A stretch of DNA of 64,000 nucleotides from positions 106,201-170,200 of the IMG/VR virus record IMGVR_UViG_3300025436_000002. The stretch is one strand, 5' to 3'. The position numbers and the translations under genes were made by a program. The notes under the pieces were generated by a model. That model saw only the letters and a list, made by a program, of their open reading frames with translations, was not told where the DNA came from and searched no databases. Source of the stretch: a virus. Shown here piece by piece: positions 9,635 to 18,960 of this stretch; position 1 is the first letter of the stretch, and every line of letters starts with the position of its first letter.

Positions 9635-10222
9635 TTGGTATTACAAATCAAAAACACGAGTCTTTCAGAAGTTATTGTATCAGGTCTTAGTATTTCCATT
9701 GATGCAAGTGCTACAGTATCCGCTCCATTCTATGCACCTTATGTTAGAAAAACAGTTCAAGATGCCATAGTCGGCTATCCAACATTGTCTATGGTTGCAC
9801 TAGCAGCAGGTTCTCCGACTCAAATTAAAAACCATGACTTAGTACATGCGGTGACTGTTGTTGAACTTAACAATCTTGTTATAACTGCGGATACTACTGT
9901 TGTTGTTCCTTTGAGTGAGGTTGAACTTACTGAGTCTCAAATTGTAGCTGCTATCAGACCTTTCCCAGAGTTGGAACTATTAGGTAGCACTATGTTGACA
10001 GTTGAAATTCCAACACAAGCTTTTGACATCACTAACCCTGTTATCCTTGGCGACATGTTTGAGGATGTCAATACAATCTTAGAAACTATCGAAGCTAACG
10101 ATGCTGCTGCCACGGTAGCAATAGCAGATTGCCTAGTTAAAAATGGTTTCAATGATACATTCGTTACCGCTGGTGGAAAAACAGTTACAGTTGTTGATGG
10201 TCAAATAATCAGTATAATCTAA
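9635..10222 (+). CDS. Putative virion structural protein
   Basis: V/T/A-rich; N-terminal module resembles the N-terminus of 7809 (L.I.N....V.VSGL ... AI..YP.L); C-terminal TVTVVDGQI motif. Confidence 0.55.
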   Translation: MVLQIKNTSLSEVIVSGLSISIDASATVSAPFYAPYVRKTVQDAIVGYPTLSMVALAAGSPTQIKNHDLVHAVTVVELNNLVITADTTVVVPLSEVELTESQIVAAIRPFPELELLGSTMLTVEIPTQAFDITNPVILGDMFEDVNTILETIEANDAAATVAIADCLVKNGFNDTFVTAGGKTVTVVDGQIISII

Positions 10223-10224
10223 TC

Positions 10225-10288
10225 CGTAACAATAACTTAATAAACATTATAAAGGGGACTTGTAAAAGAGTCCTCTTTATGTTATACT
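10225..10288 (+). promoter_or_regulatory. sigma70-like promoter overlapping hairpin, with upstream box
   Basis: CGTAA-N8-TAATA at 10225; TTGTAA(10260)-N17-TATACT; hairpin ataaaggggact/agtcctctttat. Confidence 0.7.
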
Positions 10289-10323
10289 AAATTTGTAAAG
10301 TTATTTAAAAGAAGGGCTAAAAT

Positions 10324-10665
10324 ATGTTAGTAAAAGTAAAAGCACGTTTAAAAAAGAATCCTAAGTATAGAGTTGACGAACCTATATCATACTACGGATA
10401 TCCTCAGTACATCCAGATACTGTCCGATAGTGTTATAGATTCTGAGGAAACTACCAATATATTCAAAGCTGTTGATGACTTTATAAGTAGGGATGTGGCA
10501 CACGACCGAATATTGAACTACCTCAATCAAGAGGGGACTGATAACATATCTCGTTCAGTACTCTTAACTCTTGAAGTGTTTTACGTATATACTTCGGGTA
10601 CTCAGTATTACAAACCTCATGGAAGTATTGACGTAGTTAATATAAAAGATATTAAGTTAATTTAA
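10324..10665 (+). CDS. Hypothetical protein
   Basis: Clean ORF after promoter. Confidence 0.7.
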   Translation: MLVKVKARLKKNPKYRVDEPISYYGYPQYIQILSDSVIDSEETTNIFKAVDDFISRDVAHDRILNYLNQEGTDNISRSVLLTLEVFYVYTSGTQYYKPHGSIDVVNIKDIKLI

Positions 10666-10856
10666 GAAAGGTTTCTGAGATGGATTATGATTTAAAGAAA
10701 GCTAACGAACGGATAGTTGAACTCGAGAGTTTTATACGGGATTTAAAAAGGGCTATGTCTAATAGTTATTCAACATCTTATACAACTTGTAGTAAGTGTA
10801 GCAAACCTACCGAGAGGAGATATATTTGCTGTAACTACGGTTATGGGGGAGAATAG

Positions 10857-11105
10857 GTGTACATAATAGGTAAGGCTACAGTACTGAAGATAGCGATATG
10901 TAAAGATACAAAGGTAGCTTACATGATTAGAGGGTGGGGATGTCTATGTCAGTCTAATATAGATTATGATTGTGTAGAAACTACTACTGGGAGTGTAAGG
11001 CGTATTACTGAAAAAACTGCCTTCAATATAGACCTTGACAACTACGATGTTCTTGAAGGGACTGGTATGAATAAATATTTAATGGCATTGGAGTTAAGTA
11101 AGTGA
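10857..11105 (+). CDS. C-terminal-tag family small protein
   Basis: Ends MNKYLMALELSK*. Confidence 0.85.
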   Translation: MYIIGKATVLKIAICKDTKVAYMIRGWGCLCQSNIDYDCVETTTGSVRRITEKTAFNIDLDNYDVLEGTGMNKYLMALELSK

Positions 11106-11290
11106 GAATAGAAATTGGAAATAGGGTTAGACTTCTCTATCAATCTGGGTATTATGAAGTCCTAGGATACACAGTTGAAGGTTGTATTAGATGTAAGAAA
11201 ATAGCTAACGACGAGGGTCTTTGGGTAGCTCCAGAAATTGAGATAGTTAATCCTAGTCATCTAGGTAATGTGTTAGACATGTTAGGGTAG
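11102..11290 (+). CDS. Small hypothetical protein (SH3/KOW-like start IEIGNRV)
   Basis: GTGA-coupled ORF. Confidence 0.55.
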   Translation: MRIEIGNRVRLLYQSGYYEVLGYTVEGCIRCKKIANDEGLWVAPEIEIVNPSHLGNVLDMLG

Positions 11291-11307
11291 GGGGAGGTGA
11301 AAGTCTC

Positions 11308-11449
11308 ATGAGTTATGTAGAAGATGTCTTAGAGTTAGTAAGATTTACGGAGTTAGTTAACGATAATTCCATGGGGGGGTGGGTTGGATATTGAAATACT
11401 CTTGAAGGAATATAGGAAATATCTTATGATGAAGGAACTATTAAAATGA
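11308..11449 (+). pseudogene. Tag-family ORF frameshifted in a G7 run
   Basis: GGAGG RBS, ATG 11308; G7 at 11373-11379; G6 gives a continuous ORF ending YRKYLMMKELLK* overlapping ATG 11446. Confidence 0.7.
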
Positions 11450-11682
11450 AGATGGTAGCTGTAATGACAGATGTTCAGAATCCTGAGATAATTTGTTATT
11501 ATTTTGAAAAAGAAGGATACAAGTATCTATTACTTGAGGATAATGGGGAAAACTGGGTGCAGTACACGGGGCATACTCTAGAAACATTACTAGACACGGG
11601 AAGGTTGTCTAATAATTTTAATGTCACAACTGATTCCTTAGAAATTAACAAACATTCCATGCTGAGAGAGCTGTCGAAGTAG
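11446..11682 (+). CDS. C-terminal-tag family small protein
   Basis: Ends INKHSMLRELSK*. Confidence 0.85.
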   Translation: MKMVAVMTDVQNPEIICYYFEKEGYKYLLLEDNGENWVQYTGHTLETLLDTGRLSNNFNVTTDSLEINKHSMLRELSK

Positions 11683-11846
11683 AATTAAAAGAATACGGGA
11701 GGTAACCTTTGAACCAGTCCATGTTGTTTAAAATAAATATTATTTACATATCTCTGTACCTACTGATAGGTCCGTCCATGTTCACTATGCTAATTAGTTT
11801 GTACATTAGCATGTTGTTTATAGTATGCTATAAGGATTCAAAATAG

Positions 11847-12233
11847 ATGAAAAAAATTATAATATCTTTAGCATTGATGCTACTGACATGCATGCCCGTG
11901 TTAGCTCAGGATTGGCAAGAGGCAGGGTTCCAACAGTATACTAAGATAATAAAATATCATTTTCCGATAGTCGAATACTGGATGATGTCCTTCCCATTCG
12001 AACCTGAATTTATAGGGGATGTGCAGGTAGGCTCAAGGCTCATGTACACTAAGACAAATTGTGACGAAAGGAGTTTAGCAGTACTTAGATATATTATATA
12101 TGACTTAGATAGAAATATCATAGCTAACTATGAGGTATCCTCAGAGGAGAAACTAAATCCAAGTTATCAAGATCTTGTTGAAGGTTCTATCGGAGAGCAG
12201 GCATGGAAATCTGTTTGTGATGGAGAAGACTAG
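11847..12233 (+). CDS. Secreted protein, surface-adhesin protein E-like
   Basis: Signal peptide ending VLA; C..R......YD..G-like and EGSIGE..W..VC pattern. Confidence 0.5.
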   Translation: MKKIIISLALMLLTCMPVLAQDWQEAGFQQYTKIIKYHFPIVEYWMMSFPFEPEFIGDVQVGSRLMYTKTNCDERSLAVLRYIIYDLDRNIIANYEVSSEEKLNPSYQDLVEGSIGEQAWKSVCDGED

Positions 12234-12326
12234 TTGTAAAGTTTTATTTAGAATACTTGTAGTTAAGGTGTACAATTTTTAGTTAATATGATATGATGTT
12301 TGAGTAGATTATAAGGAGACAAGAAT

Positions 12327-12854
12327 ATGTTAAAGATTACCACAGTAGGTGAAGCACTTAAAGCAGTAGAGCATTGTTGTTTTGCTTTAGAATTTGTAGA
12401 GGACTCGTTGCAAACGTATGAGATGTGTTTATCCGCAGTCGATAGTGATGGATATAATATACAATGAGTAAAGGAAGAATTTAAAACGCATGAAATGTAC
12501 GTAACGGCTTTAAAGTCTCAAGGAGGAGCTATAGAATGTATAGATGATAAATTTATAACTGAGGAATTTTGTATCTTAGCGGTTCAGTATTGTGATCATG
12601 CTCTAAATCTTATAAGTAAGAAGAACCAAACTGAGAAAGTTTATATGGCAGCAGTTACGGAATATGGAGATTCCCTCGAATATGTAAAAAAGCAAACCTT
12701 AGAAATCTGTATTGAGGCAGTAAAACAAGATGAAGATGCTTTTGAGTATGTTGAAGCTAAATTCAAAAAGCCAGTGTCCAAGTTCCTAGAAACTTATGTT
12801 AGAAATAATAAACCTATTACTTATAGGCAATGTAAAGATATTTACATCTACTAG
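12327..12854 (+). pseudogene. DUF4116-like repeat protein interrupted by in-frame TGA
   Basis: AAGGAG RBS + ATG 12327 in frame with 12495 ORF; TGA at 12465-12467; repeats C..AV..DG.ALEYV...QT.E. Confidence 0.7.
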
Positions 12855-12887
12855 TAACAGTGTGCAGAATATAAGGAGACAACTAAT

Positions 12888-13157
12888 ATGAATGTTTTTG
12901 ATTTAATAGGCGGAGTCCCCCAAGATCCAAAACCTCCAGTTACCCACTTATCCATGTATACTGAAGAAACTGAGTCTATATTAACTTCAAGTACTGAAAC
13001 GTGGTATAAGCTTAAAGCAGGTAGCATGACGCTGTTCGAATCTCAGGATTTGAAAGAGGCCGAGGAATACGCTGAGTTCAATAAGAACGTACTCTTTATA
13101 GATAACGTAAAGCTGTATAAGAAAGTAACTACTAAGGAACTAATAAAAGAATACTAA
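12888..13157 (+). CDS. Hypothetical protein
   Basis: AAGGAG RBS. Confidence 0.7.
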   Translation: MNVFDLIGGVPQDPKPPVTHLSMYTEETESILTSSTETWYKLKAGSMTLFESQDLKEAEEYAEFNKNVLFIDNVKLYKKVTTKELIKEY

Positions 13158-13259
13158 ATACTAGGAAGATTCAGTGTATTTTATATTAAGAATATTAGGA
13201 ATAGCTATTATTAATAAAGATGATAATCTTGAGATAGGTACTAAGACTAAGAAAGGTTT

Positions 13260-13622
13260 TTGGTAAGCATGGCTAAAAAACTAGAAATAAGTATAGGGGA
13301 TATAATTACTATTGCTAGAGCTACTGGATATTTTAGATACGTAGCTAGTTTACCTAGAATAGGTTATCACGATGTAAAAGTATTTGTCAAAGAACTTGGA
13401 TCTGGAGGGAAAATTGACTCTTCTGATTATAAAGTGGAGAGGATCGGCTTTGTGGGGATAGCTAAAGTATCCAAAGAGTCTCTTGATGAGATGTATAATA
13501 AAGAATTAAAGAGTATTGAAGGACGTAAGATTAGACTCGAAGCTAAGAAAAAAATATTATCAAAATTGACTAAACCCTCTGAGATAGCTAAATTCTTAAT
13601 GACAAGGGAACTATTGAAATGA
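13260..13622 (+). CDS. C-terminal-tag protein with unrelated body (coiled coil)
   Basis: Ends IAKFLMTRELLK*. Confidence 0.85.
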   Translation: MVSMAKKLEISIGDIITIARATGYFRYVASLPRIGYHDVKVFVKELGSGGKIDSSDYKVERIGFVGIAKVSKESLDEMYNKELKSIEGRKIRLEAKKKILSKLTKPSEIAKFLMTRELLK

Positions 13623-13885
13623 AACACGAAGATTATCTTACGGATGATAAAGGACTTATATACTTAGACTCTCTCAAAGCTGAGGGTCTAACCTTTAAAT
13701 ATGTTCCTAAATGGACATCTAAATATAATAGTTATGTGGTATATGACTATGAACCTTTCTGTGCTGATGGATTCTATGTTTCAGTCGATCTTGAAGGGGA
13801 TGAATCCATGGTTAATTATGTAGTATATCTGTGTGATAAAAGAAAAGAAGGTATCGAGAATATCAAGAGGTGCTTTAATGAGTAA
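13619..13885 (+). CDS. Hypothetical protein
   Basis: ATGA-coupled; C-terminal NYVVYLCDKR resembles NYILYLCEKR of 26903..27196. Confidence 0.7.
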   Translation: MKHEDYLTDDKGLIYLDSLKAEGLTFKYVPKWTSKYNSYVVYDYEPFCADGFYVSVDLEGDESMVNYVVYLCDKRKEGIENIKRCFNE

Positions 13886-14123
13886 AGAGTACGTAATTAT
13901 CGCCAAATTTTTTGATGACGGGCCAACACTGGAGTATTTTAGATATCCAGATAATTCTAATGATATTTACTATATGTTTTCAAATTGTACTAATCTAGAA
14001 AGTAGACATCCTTATAGTGTTGATCGTATAGTATGTGATCTTAGTCAAAGGAATACTGTAATGTTGTTAACAAATAAAAAAGATATAGATAAATACCTAA
14101 TGACCAAAGAATTATTAAAATAG
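13878..14123 (+). CDS. C-terminal-tag family small protein
   Basis: Likely start MSKEYVII at 13878; ends IDKYLMTKELLK*. Confidence 0.85.
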   Translation: MSKEYVIIAKFFDDGPTLEYFRYPDNSNDIYYMFSNCTNLESRHPYSVDRIVCDLSQRNTVMLLTNKKDIDKYLMTKELLK

Positions 14124-14125
14124 AT

Positions 14126-14189
14126 TGTAAAGTTTCATTTCAATAACCTTACTGAGAGTCTTGACGACTCTCTTTTTTTATGCTATCAT
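14126..14189 (+). promoter_or_regulatory. sigma70-like promoter fused to terminator hairpin
   Basis: TGTAA at 14126; TTGACG(14161)-N17-TATCAT; -35 lies in the loop of gagagtc/gactctc followed by T7. Confidence 0.75.
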
Positions 14190-14219
14190 GTTCTTGTAAG
14201 GTTAAATAAGGAGTTAGTC

Positions 14220-14522
14220 ATGAAAGAATATACGGTAGAATTTATAGTCCTAGTAGGGGAAGGTGCAGGTCATGAACACAAGACTATAAGTATTAAAATA
14301 AATGCTGAGGATACGGAGTCTGCATTAGTGATAGCTAAAAGCATGCTATCCATAGAAATTCAATTCAAAGGGGAGTGTGGGTATTTAGCTCCCAATGCTG
14401 AAAAGCTCCATAAATATGAAATAGATTATGACGATTCAAACCCATGTAATGATTGTGAGTTATCTTCTTGTGTAGGCTGTGCTCATTCTGAAACTAATGA
14501 TGATTGGGAAGACTATGACTAA
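14220..14522 (+). CDS. Hypothetical protein
   Basis: AAGGAG RBS; Cys-rich acidic tail. Confidence 0.7.
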   Translation: MKEYTVEFIVLVGEGAGHEHKTISIKINAEDTESALVIAKSMLSIEIQFKGECGYLAPNAEKLHKYEIDYDDSNPCNDCELSSCVGCAHSETNDDWEDYD

Positions 14523-14556
14523 GAACTTTGATACATGTGTAAAAGGAGTTAACTGA

Positions 14557-14811
14557 GTGAGGGAATACATACTTTTTGAAAGGTATTGGAACTACGAACA
14601 TAAATACTACTACGTCGAAGATGAAGTTACCTATTGGGTATATTCTGGAGGAGGTCCTCCTGCTATTTCAGCATGGCAAGGCGAGGCGGATGTTAAAAGG
14701 TTAGTCCGTATTACTAAACTTGATAGTCTTGAAAAGGTACAACCTTATATATTAACTATTGGACATCGTGAAGTGGCTAAGTTATTAATGGAGATAGAAT
14801 TGCTAAAATGA
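14557..14811 (+). CDS. C-terminal-tag family small protein
   Basis: Starts MREYIL; ends VAKLLMEIELLK*. Confidence 0.85.
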   Translation: MREYILFERYWNYEHKYYYVEDEVTYWVYSGGGPPAISAWQGEADVKRLVRITKLDSLEKVQPYILTIGHREVAKLLMEIELLK

Positions 14812-15041
14812 AAAAAGTCTTAGCTCTTATACTTGATATGGAGTCTAATGAGATAATTTGTAGGATAGCTTGTGATACCTATGGAAATACGTTCACTTCG
14901 TTAGGCGGTGTTAATTGGAGATATGCTCAAAAACCTATGTCCTACTACATAAGTTCTGTTAACTTAGGAGAGGGTTATTACGCTGTAACATCTCCAGAGG
15001 GTGTTGATGAGTTACTTATGGTTGAGGAGCTATTAAAATGA
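14808..15041 (+). CDS. C-terminal-tag family small protein
   Basis: Ends VDELLMVEELLK*. Confidence 0.85.
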   Translation: MKKVLALILDMESNEIICRIACDTYGNTFTSLGGVNWRYAQKPMSYYISSVNLGEGYYAVTSPEGVDELLMVEELLK

Positions 15042-15307
15042 AAAGAAGGTTTATTTATTTAGGGCATTCCAATACCTACTACCCAGGTGGATCAGGTAAT
15101 ACATGTTACAATAGATATTATTACTTTAGAGACGAAGAGTATACAGTATATCTCTCGGATATTTGTTATCCTACTAAACATAGTCTATCCCGAATATCAT
15201 CAGATCGTCTGAAATGTAGGCTACACGGGGCAGGAGGACATGTCATGTGTAAACGGAGTAAAAAGAGTATATCTAAATTTTTAATGACTAAGGAGTTATC
15301 TAAATGA
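15038..15307 (+). CDS. C-terminal-tag family small protein
   Basis: Ends ISKFLMTKELSK*. Confidence 0.85.
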   Translation: MKRRFIYLGHSNTYYPGGSGNTCYNRYYYFRDEEYTVYLSDICYPTKHSLSRISSDRLKCRLHGAGGHVMCKRSKKSISKFLMTKELSK

Positions 15308-15600
15308 CTAAAAAGTATATAGGACTTATTCTAGGGAGGTACAGTAGGTGCGGAGATTTTAATTTCTATTCACCTTCCATGAAGATATACTATGTTGAAA
15401 ATAGAATTTGTTATCAAAGTGTTGTATTTGACGAGATTCCCGTCATGCCAAACCTTTATAATAAAACATTTACTATGGATACAAGTTATGCTAGAGTAGC
15501 ATTTGACTTAATTATAGCTAAAAGACATAGTTGTCTAACAGTCATTACAAACCATGCTGAGATTATAAAATATTTAATGACGGAGGAACTATTAAAGTGA
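15304..15600 (+). CDS. C-terminal-tag family small protein
   Basis: Ends IIKYLMTEELLK*. Confidence 0.85.
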   Translation: MTKKYIGLILGRYSRCGDFNFYSPSMKIYYVENRICYQSVVFDEIPVMPNLYNKTFTMDTSYARVAFDLIIAKRHSCLTVITNHAEIIKYLMTEELLK

Positions 15601-15641
15601 AGATTAATAAATTCTTAATGTTAAAGGAGTTATCTAAATGA
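15597..15641 (+). CDS. 14-aa tag-only micro-ORF MKINKFLMLKELSK
   Basis: GTG overlaps upstream stop (GGAGG RBS); TGA overlaps ATG 15638; entirely in frame. Confidence 0.65.
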   Translation: MKINKFLMLKELSK

Positions 15642-15826
15642 GGGATATAAATAGAATACCTAGAATACTTAAAAAATTAGAGGAGGTTTGGACAGCTTCT
15701 CCAGATTTGAGATTATTTCAACTACTGACATGGGTTGTTCGAGACTACAGAGGTGACTTATTCTACCTTGAAGACGACGTTGTAGAGGACAACCTTAATG
15801 AAGAGAAGATACGGAGGCAAGTATGA
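15638..15826 (+). CDS. Conserved phage hypothetical protein
   Basis: MRD..RI...L..L...W...PDLRL.QL motif. Confidence 0.7.
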   Translation: MRDINRIPRILKKLEEVWTASPDLRLFQLLTWVVRDYRGDLFYLEDDVVEDNLNEEKIRRQV

Positions 15827-16089
15827 GTTTATCTAAAGAATTCTTCATACAACTTAAAATTAACTTCGACGAAGTCTTTGGAGGTACTAGTCTCCTAGAC
15901 ATGGAACATATGATACATAGTGCGGGTACTATGGGTTTTGACAGGGCTCTTCTAAAGACTTGTAAAGAATTCAATGTGATGTCAACTTACCAAGAGTTTG
16001 AAGGTATGGATTGGTATGAGTATGATGTATCATGTTCTCTTCTAGTCGATGAAGTGGCTAATGCTTTGGAGAGAATACATGAAAGCTAA
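15823..16089 (+). CDS. Hypothetical protein
   Basis: GGAGG RBS, coupled ORF. Confidence 0.7.
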   Translation: MSLSKEFFIQLKINFDEVFGGTSLLDMEHMIHSAGTMGFDRALLKTCKEFNVMSTYQEFEGMDWYEYDVSCSLLVDEVANALERIHES

Positions 16090-16366
16090 AAGAGGAAATA
16101 GTGTTTATTTTAATGTTCAAGATATTAACTTTATTCTTATGGAGGAGGGACGTATACTATATGAGTATGTATGGAAAAACAATAATCTCTATGTTAGACA
16201 TAGGGATATGGAAGTTCACCTCATAGGTAACAAGTTGGGTTCTTCTTTAAGAGAGGTGGTAGCTTACTTTAAAGGAAAACATGCGGAGATATATCCGAAT
16301 CTCTTATTTTCAGATGATAAGATTCATATAGATAAATTGTTGGTGATAGAAGAGTTATTAAAATAG
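16079..16366 (+). CDS. C-terminal-tag family small protein
   Basis: Likely start 16079; ends IDKLLVIEELLK*. Confidence 0.8.
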   Translation: MKAKRGNSVYFNVQDINFILMEEGRILYEYVWKNNNLYVRHRDMEVHLIGNKLGSSLREVVAYFKGKHAEIYPNLLFSDDKIHIDKLLVIEELLK

Positions 16367-16376
16367 AGGAGGTCGT

Positions 16377-16865
16377 TTGGGTAAACTAAGTTATAGGTTA
16401 GAAGGAACCGTGTTAGTAACTACAGAAACTTTCGGATTCTCGACCAGAAGTGAATATTGTGATCTGGCTACATGGGAGACGTTTGAGATTGATAAGATGG
16501 GAGCTAGATTTTTGGTAACATCTTTAAAGTTTGAAGACAGGGGAGGTTACTTAGATAAGGTAGTCCAAGCTAGGGATCAGCTTGCCAAAGAACTCATGTA
16601 CGGAGAAGTTGTTTGGAAGAGTGCTAAAGAACAAGAAGCTCACCACTCTAAATGTGATAGAAGAAACAAGGAGCTTGAATACTTTAAAGAGGACTTAGCC
16701 CATGATGCGGGAGTCCCTTCTGAGGAAGAAAAAATTGATGCCGTTAACCGAAAGGCTGTAGAATTAGATTGTAAATATGAAATTTATGGGTATAGGTTTG
16801 TACTCGGAAAACCTTTTCACAACACTAAAAAAGGTAGAGACAACATAAATAGATTATTTAATTAG
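16377..16865 (+). CDS. Hypothetical protein, paralogue of 2388..2864
   Basis: Shared N- and C-terminal motifs. Confidence 0.8.
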   Translation: MGKLSYRLEGTVLVTTETFGFSTRSEYCDLATWETFEIDKMGARFLVTSLKFEDRGGYLDKVVQARDQLAKELMYGEVVWKSAKEQEAHHSKCDRRNKELEYFKEDLAHDAGVPSEEEKIDAVNRKAVELDCKYEIYGYRFVLGKPFHNTKKGRDNINRLFN

Positions 16866-17175
16866 GAGGTACGGTATATGGTCACACTACTGCTTATTAT
16901 AGCATTTAGCTCTCTAACTTTTAAAGGTCTAACCTTATCTATTTTATTTACATGGTTAAACCTACATCCATTTGTTACCTTATTTCTTATAGGAGAAATC
17001 ACTAGGGATGTGATTAAACTCGGGAGTAATAAGATTGGATAAGATCAACCTAAGGGTACTATTGGATGAGTGGGCTATGGAGCTTAAAGGAGACAGGGAT
17101 TAATAAAGCTCCAAGAGCTCGAGCAAAGATAGTAAGATACATACGAGTTGAGGAAAGTAACTCGCAATAATAAAG

Positions 17176-17186
17176 TTTATATTATA
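17176..17186 (+). promoter_or_regulatory. Putative late promoter TTTATATTHTA
   Basis: TTTATATTATA upstream of discoidin-like gene. Confidence 0.7.
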
Positions 17187-17233
17187 TACAGATTGCCTCT
17201 CATGGGGGGGTAACATTGTACGGAGAATATATA

Positions 17234-17721
17234 ATGTCAGATTAAAATTTAGTTCCAGTAATGACAAGTAGTACGGCTCCTAGTGGAGTAGCTAGTGCAA
17301 GTAGCGTGTATAGTTCTTCTTTTGCTGCATGGTATTCCTTTGATAACAATGTTAATACTTATTGGAGAAGTCTTTCTACCGTAAATAATAAATGGCTTCA
17401 ATATCAATTGACTAGCCAGAAGACGTTAACGGGTTATGCCATAACTGGGTACAATTCCTCCCACAATCCAGCATCATGGACTTTAAAAGGAAGTAATGAT
17501 GGTATAGGCTGGATAACATTGGATACTCAAACAGGTCAGAATACAGATAGAGGAGAGAGTATAGTATTTCTGGGATTAACAACTATACGTACGTCAAACT
17601 TGATAATTTAGTAGCTACTAATGGAGATATAGTATGGATACGTGAATTTGAAATTCTAGGTACTGACTATATAGCCCCTCCCTCAATAATACCTCGAGTG
17701 GTAAACTATTGGTCAATTTAA
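17234..17721 (+). pseudogene. Disrupted discoidin (F5/8 type C)-like virion protein
   Basis: MSD*NLVPVMTS..PSG (in-frame TAA); body homologous to 54053 and 54952 (W.L.GSNDG..W..LDTQT); frameshift near 17550 continues ...IREFEILGTDYIAPPSIIPRVVNYWSI*. Confidence 0.75.
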
Positions 17722-17741
17722 CATCCTAAGGAACCAAGATT

Positions 17742-17768
17742 AAAAGAGAGTTGTAAGACTCTCTTTTT
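17742..17768 (+). terminator. Intrinsic terminator
   Basis: aaaagagagt-tgtaag-actctcttttt. Confidence 0.8.
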
Positions 17769-17796
17769 GTATTTAAAATGGAATTACTCATCCTAC

Positions 17797-17859
17797 TGTA
17801 AAGAAAACTTAACATTTTAAAGTCTAAGGCTTGACAAATTAAAGAGGATAGTTTATACT
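17797..17859 (+). promoter_or_regulatory. sigma70-like promoter with upstream TGTAA box
   Basis: TGTAA-N8-TAACA at 17797; TTGACA(17831)-N17-TATACT. Confidence 0.75.
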
Positions 17860-18021
17860 AAATACATAAAGACAAGTATTTTATAACGAATGTAGGTTGT
17901 ATCATGAAAGGAAGGAAACGTATGTAGCTTAGGCTATACTAAATAGCATCTAGTGGACTATATTATATTTAAGAATGGTGCTACTCCTTCGTGGGTGGTG
18001 CCATTTTTGTTAACTTAGGGG

Positions 18022-18327
18022 TTGCACATGGAAAAAGATTATTTAGTTTTAATACTTATAGGGAATAACTATTTTTGTTACTATTATGACAAATCTAACT
18101 TTGAAGATAAGATATATCAAGACAGCAATTTTACTAGAATTTCTAATAGAAGTCAAGATTTCTTCATGAGGACTGATGATAGGATTTTAGCTCTGTCGGT
18201 TATATTCACCCACCATCAATTAGATATGATAGGTAAACGAGACTTCCCTAAAAAAGAAAAAGTTACCATTGTAACAGACCGTAATGAATTCGATAAGTAT
18301 TTAATGATATTTGAGTTACTTAAATAA
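18022..18327 (+). CDS. C-terminal-tag family small protein
   Basis: Ends FDKYLMIFELLK*. Confidence 0.85.
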   Translation: MHMEKDYLVLILIGNNYFCYYYDKSNFEDKIYQDSNFTRISNRSQDFFMRTDDRILALSVIFTHHQLDMIGKRDFPKKEKVTIVTDRNEFDKYLMIFELLK

Positions 18328-18342
18328 AACTTAACATTACTC

Positions 18343-18371
18343 TTGACAAACCACTCAGGTTCTGGTATTCT
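18343..18371 (+). promoter_or_regulatory. sigma70-like promoter
   Basis: TTGACA-N17-TATTCT. Confidence 0.65.
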
Positions 18372-18391
18372 TATTAAATAATGAGGTATCT

Positions 18392-18637
18392 ATGAAAGAA
18401 TATATAGCTGAATATTCAACAAATAGGCATATAAGAAGATACTATGTTCGAGAAGGGGAGTTATTCTACAATTTATATAGTCCTTTCTCAGACGGTAGCG
18501 AAGAGAAAAAAGACGTATACAATAACAGTGTTCATGCTCTATCCATTGGGATGTATTTTGTAAACGCATCTAAACTAGTAATACTAAATCAAGGTCTTGT
18601 TGATAAGTATCTTATGCTGGAGGAACTAATGCGGTGA
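18392..18637 (+). CDS. C-terminal-tag family small protein
   Basis: Starts MKEYIAE; ends VDKYLMLEELMR*. Confidence 0.85.
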   Translation: MKEYIAEYSTNRHIRRYYVREGELFYNLYSPFSDGSEEKKDVYNNSVHALSIGMYFVNASKLVILNQGLVDKYLMLEELMR

Positions 18638-18960
18638 GAGAGTACCCTGAAAAGAAAGAGACTGGCTTTGTCGAACAACACGTTTTTATGTGTCTCCATA
18701 ACCCAAATAGACTCCCTGAATATTATCATAAACCAGTAGAGTCCAAGTTTTATATATCTGAAGGACAGAGTTATTACTATTTATTTCAAAATCAATCTTT
18801 GAAGTTTTATACCTCCAATTCAGGCCTCTTAATAAAAGTTCACCACGGCAACCCCCAGAAATCCTTAAACCATTTTAAATATAATAGACTAAACTACGAT
18901 ATAATTACTAATAAAAAAGAAATAAGAAAACACTTAATGATGAAGGAGTTATTGAAATGA
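18634..18960 (+). CDS. C-terminal-tag family small protein
   Basis: Ends IRKHLMMKELLK*. Confidence 0.85.
   Translation: MREYPEKKETGFVEQHVFMCLHNPNRLPEYYHKPVESKFYISEGQSYYYLFQNQSLKFYTSNSGLLIKVHHGNPQKSLNHFKYNRLNYDIITNKKEIRKHLMMKELLK

Noticed and set aside
2331-13190. TTTATATT matches at about 2331, 3327 and 13180
   Set aside because: They lack the HTA extension and are not before late-type genes; expected by chance in AT-rich DNA.
17036-17165. Possible structured RNA (tggagctt/aagctcca, tcaac/gttga)
   Set aside because: Equally explained by a decayed short ORF; no dedicated promoter/terminator pair.
17904-18008. Fragment resembling a family N-terminus (..YVA*) followed by a hairpin
   Set aside because: Too short and degenerate to call; may be a relic plus terminator.
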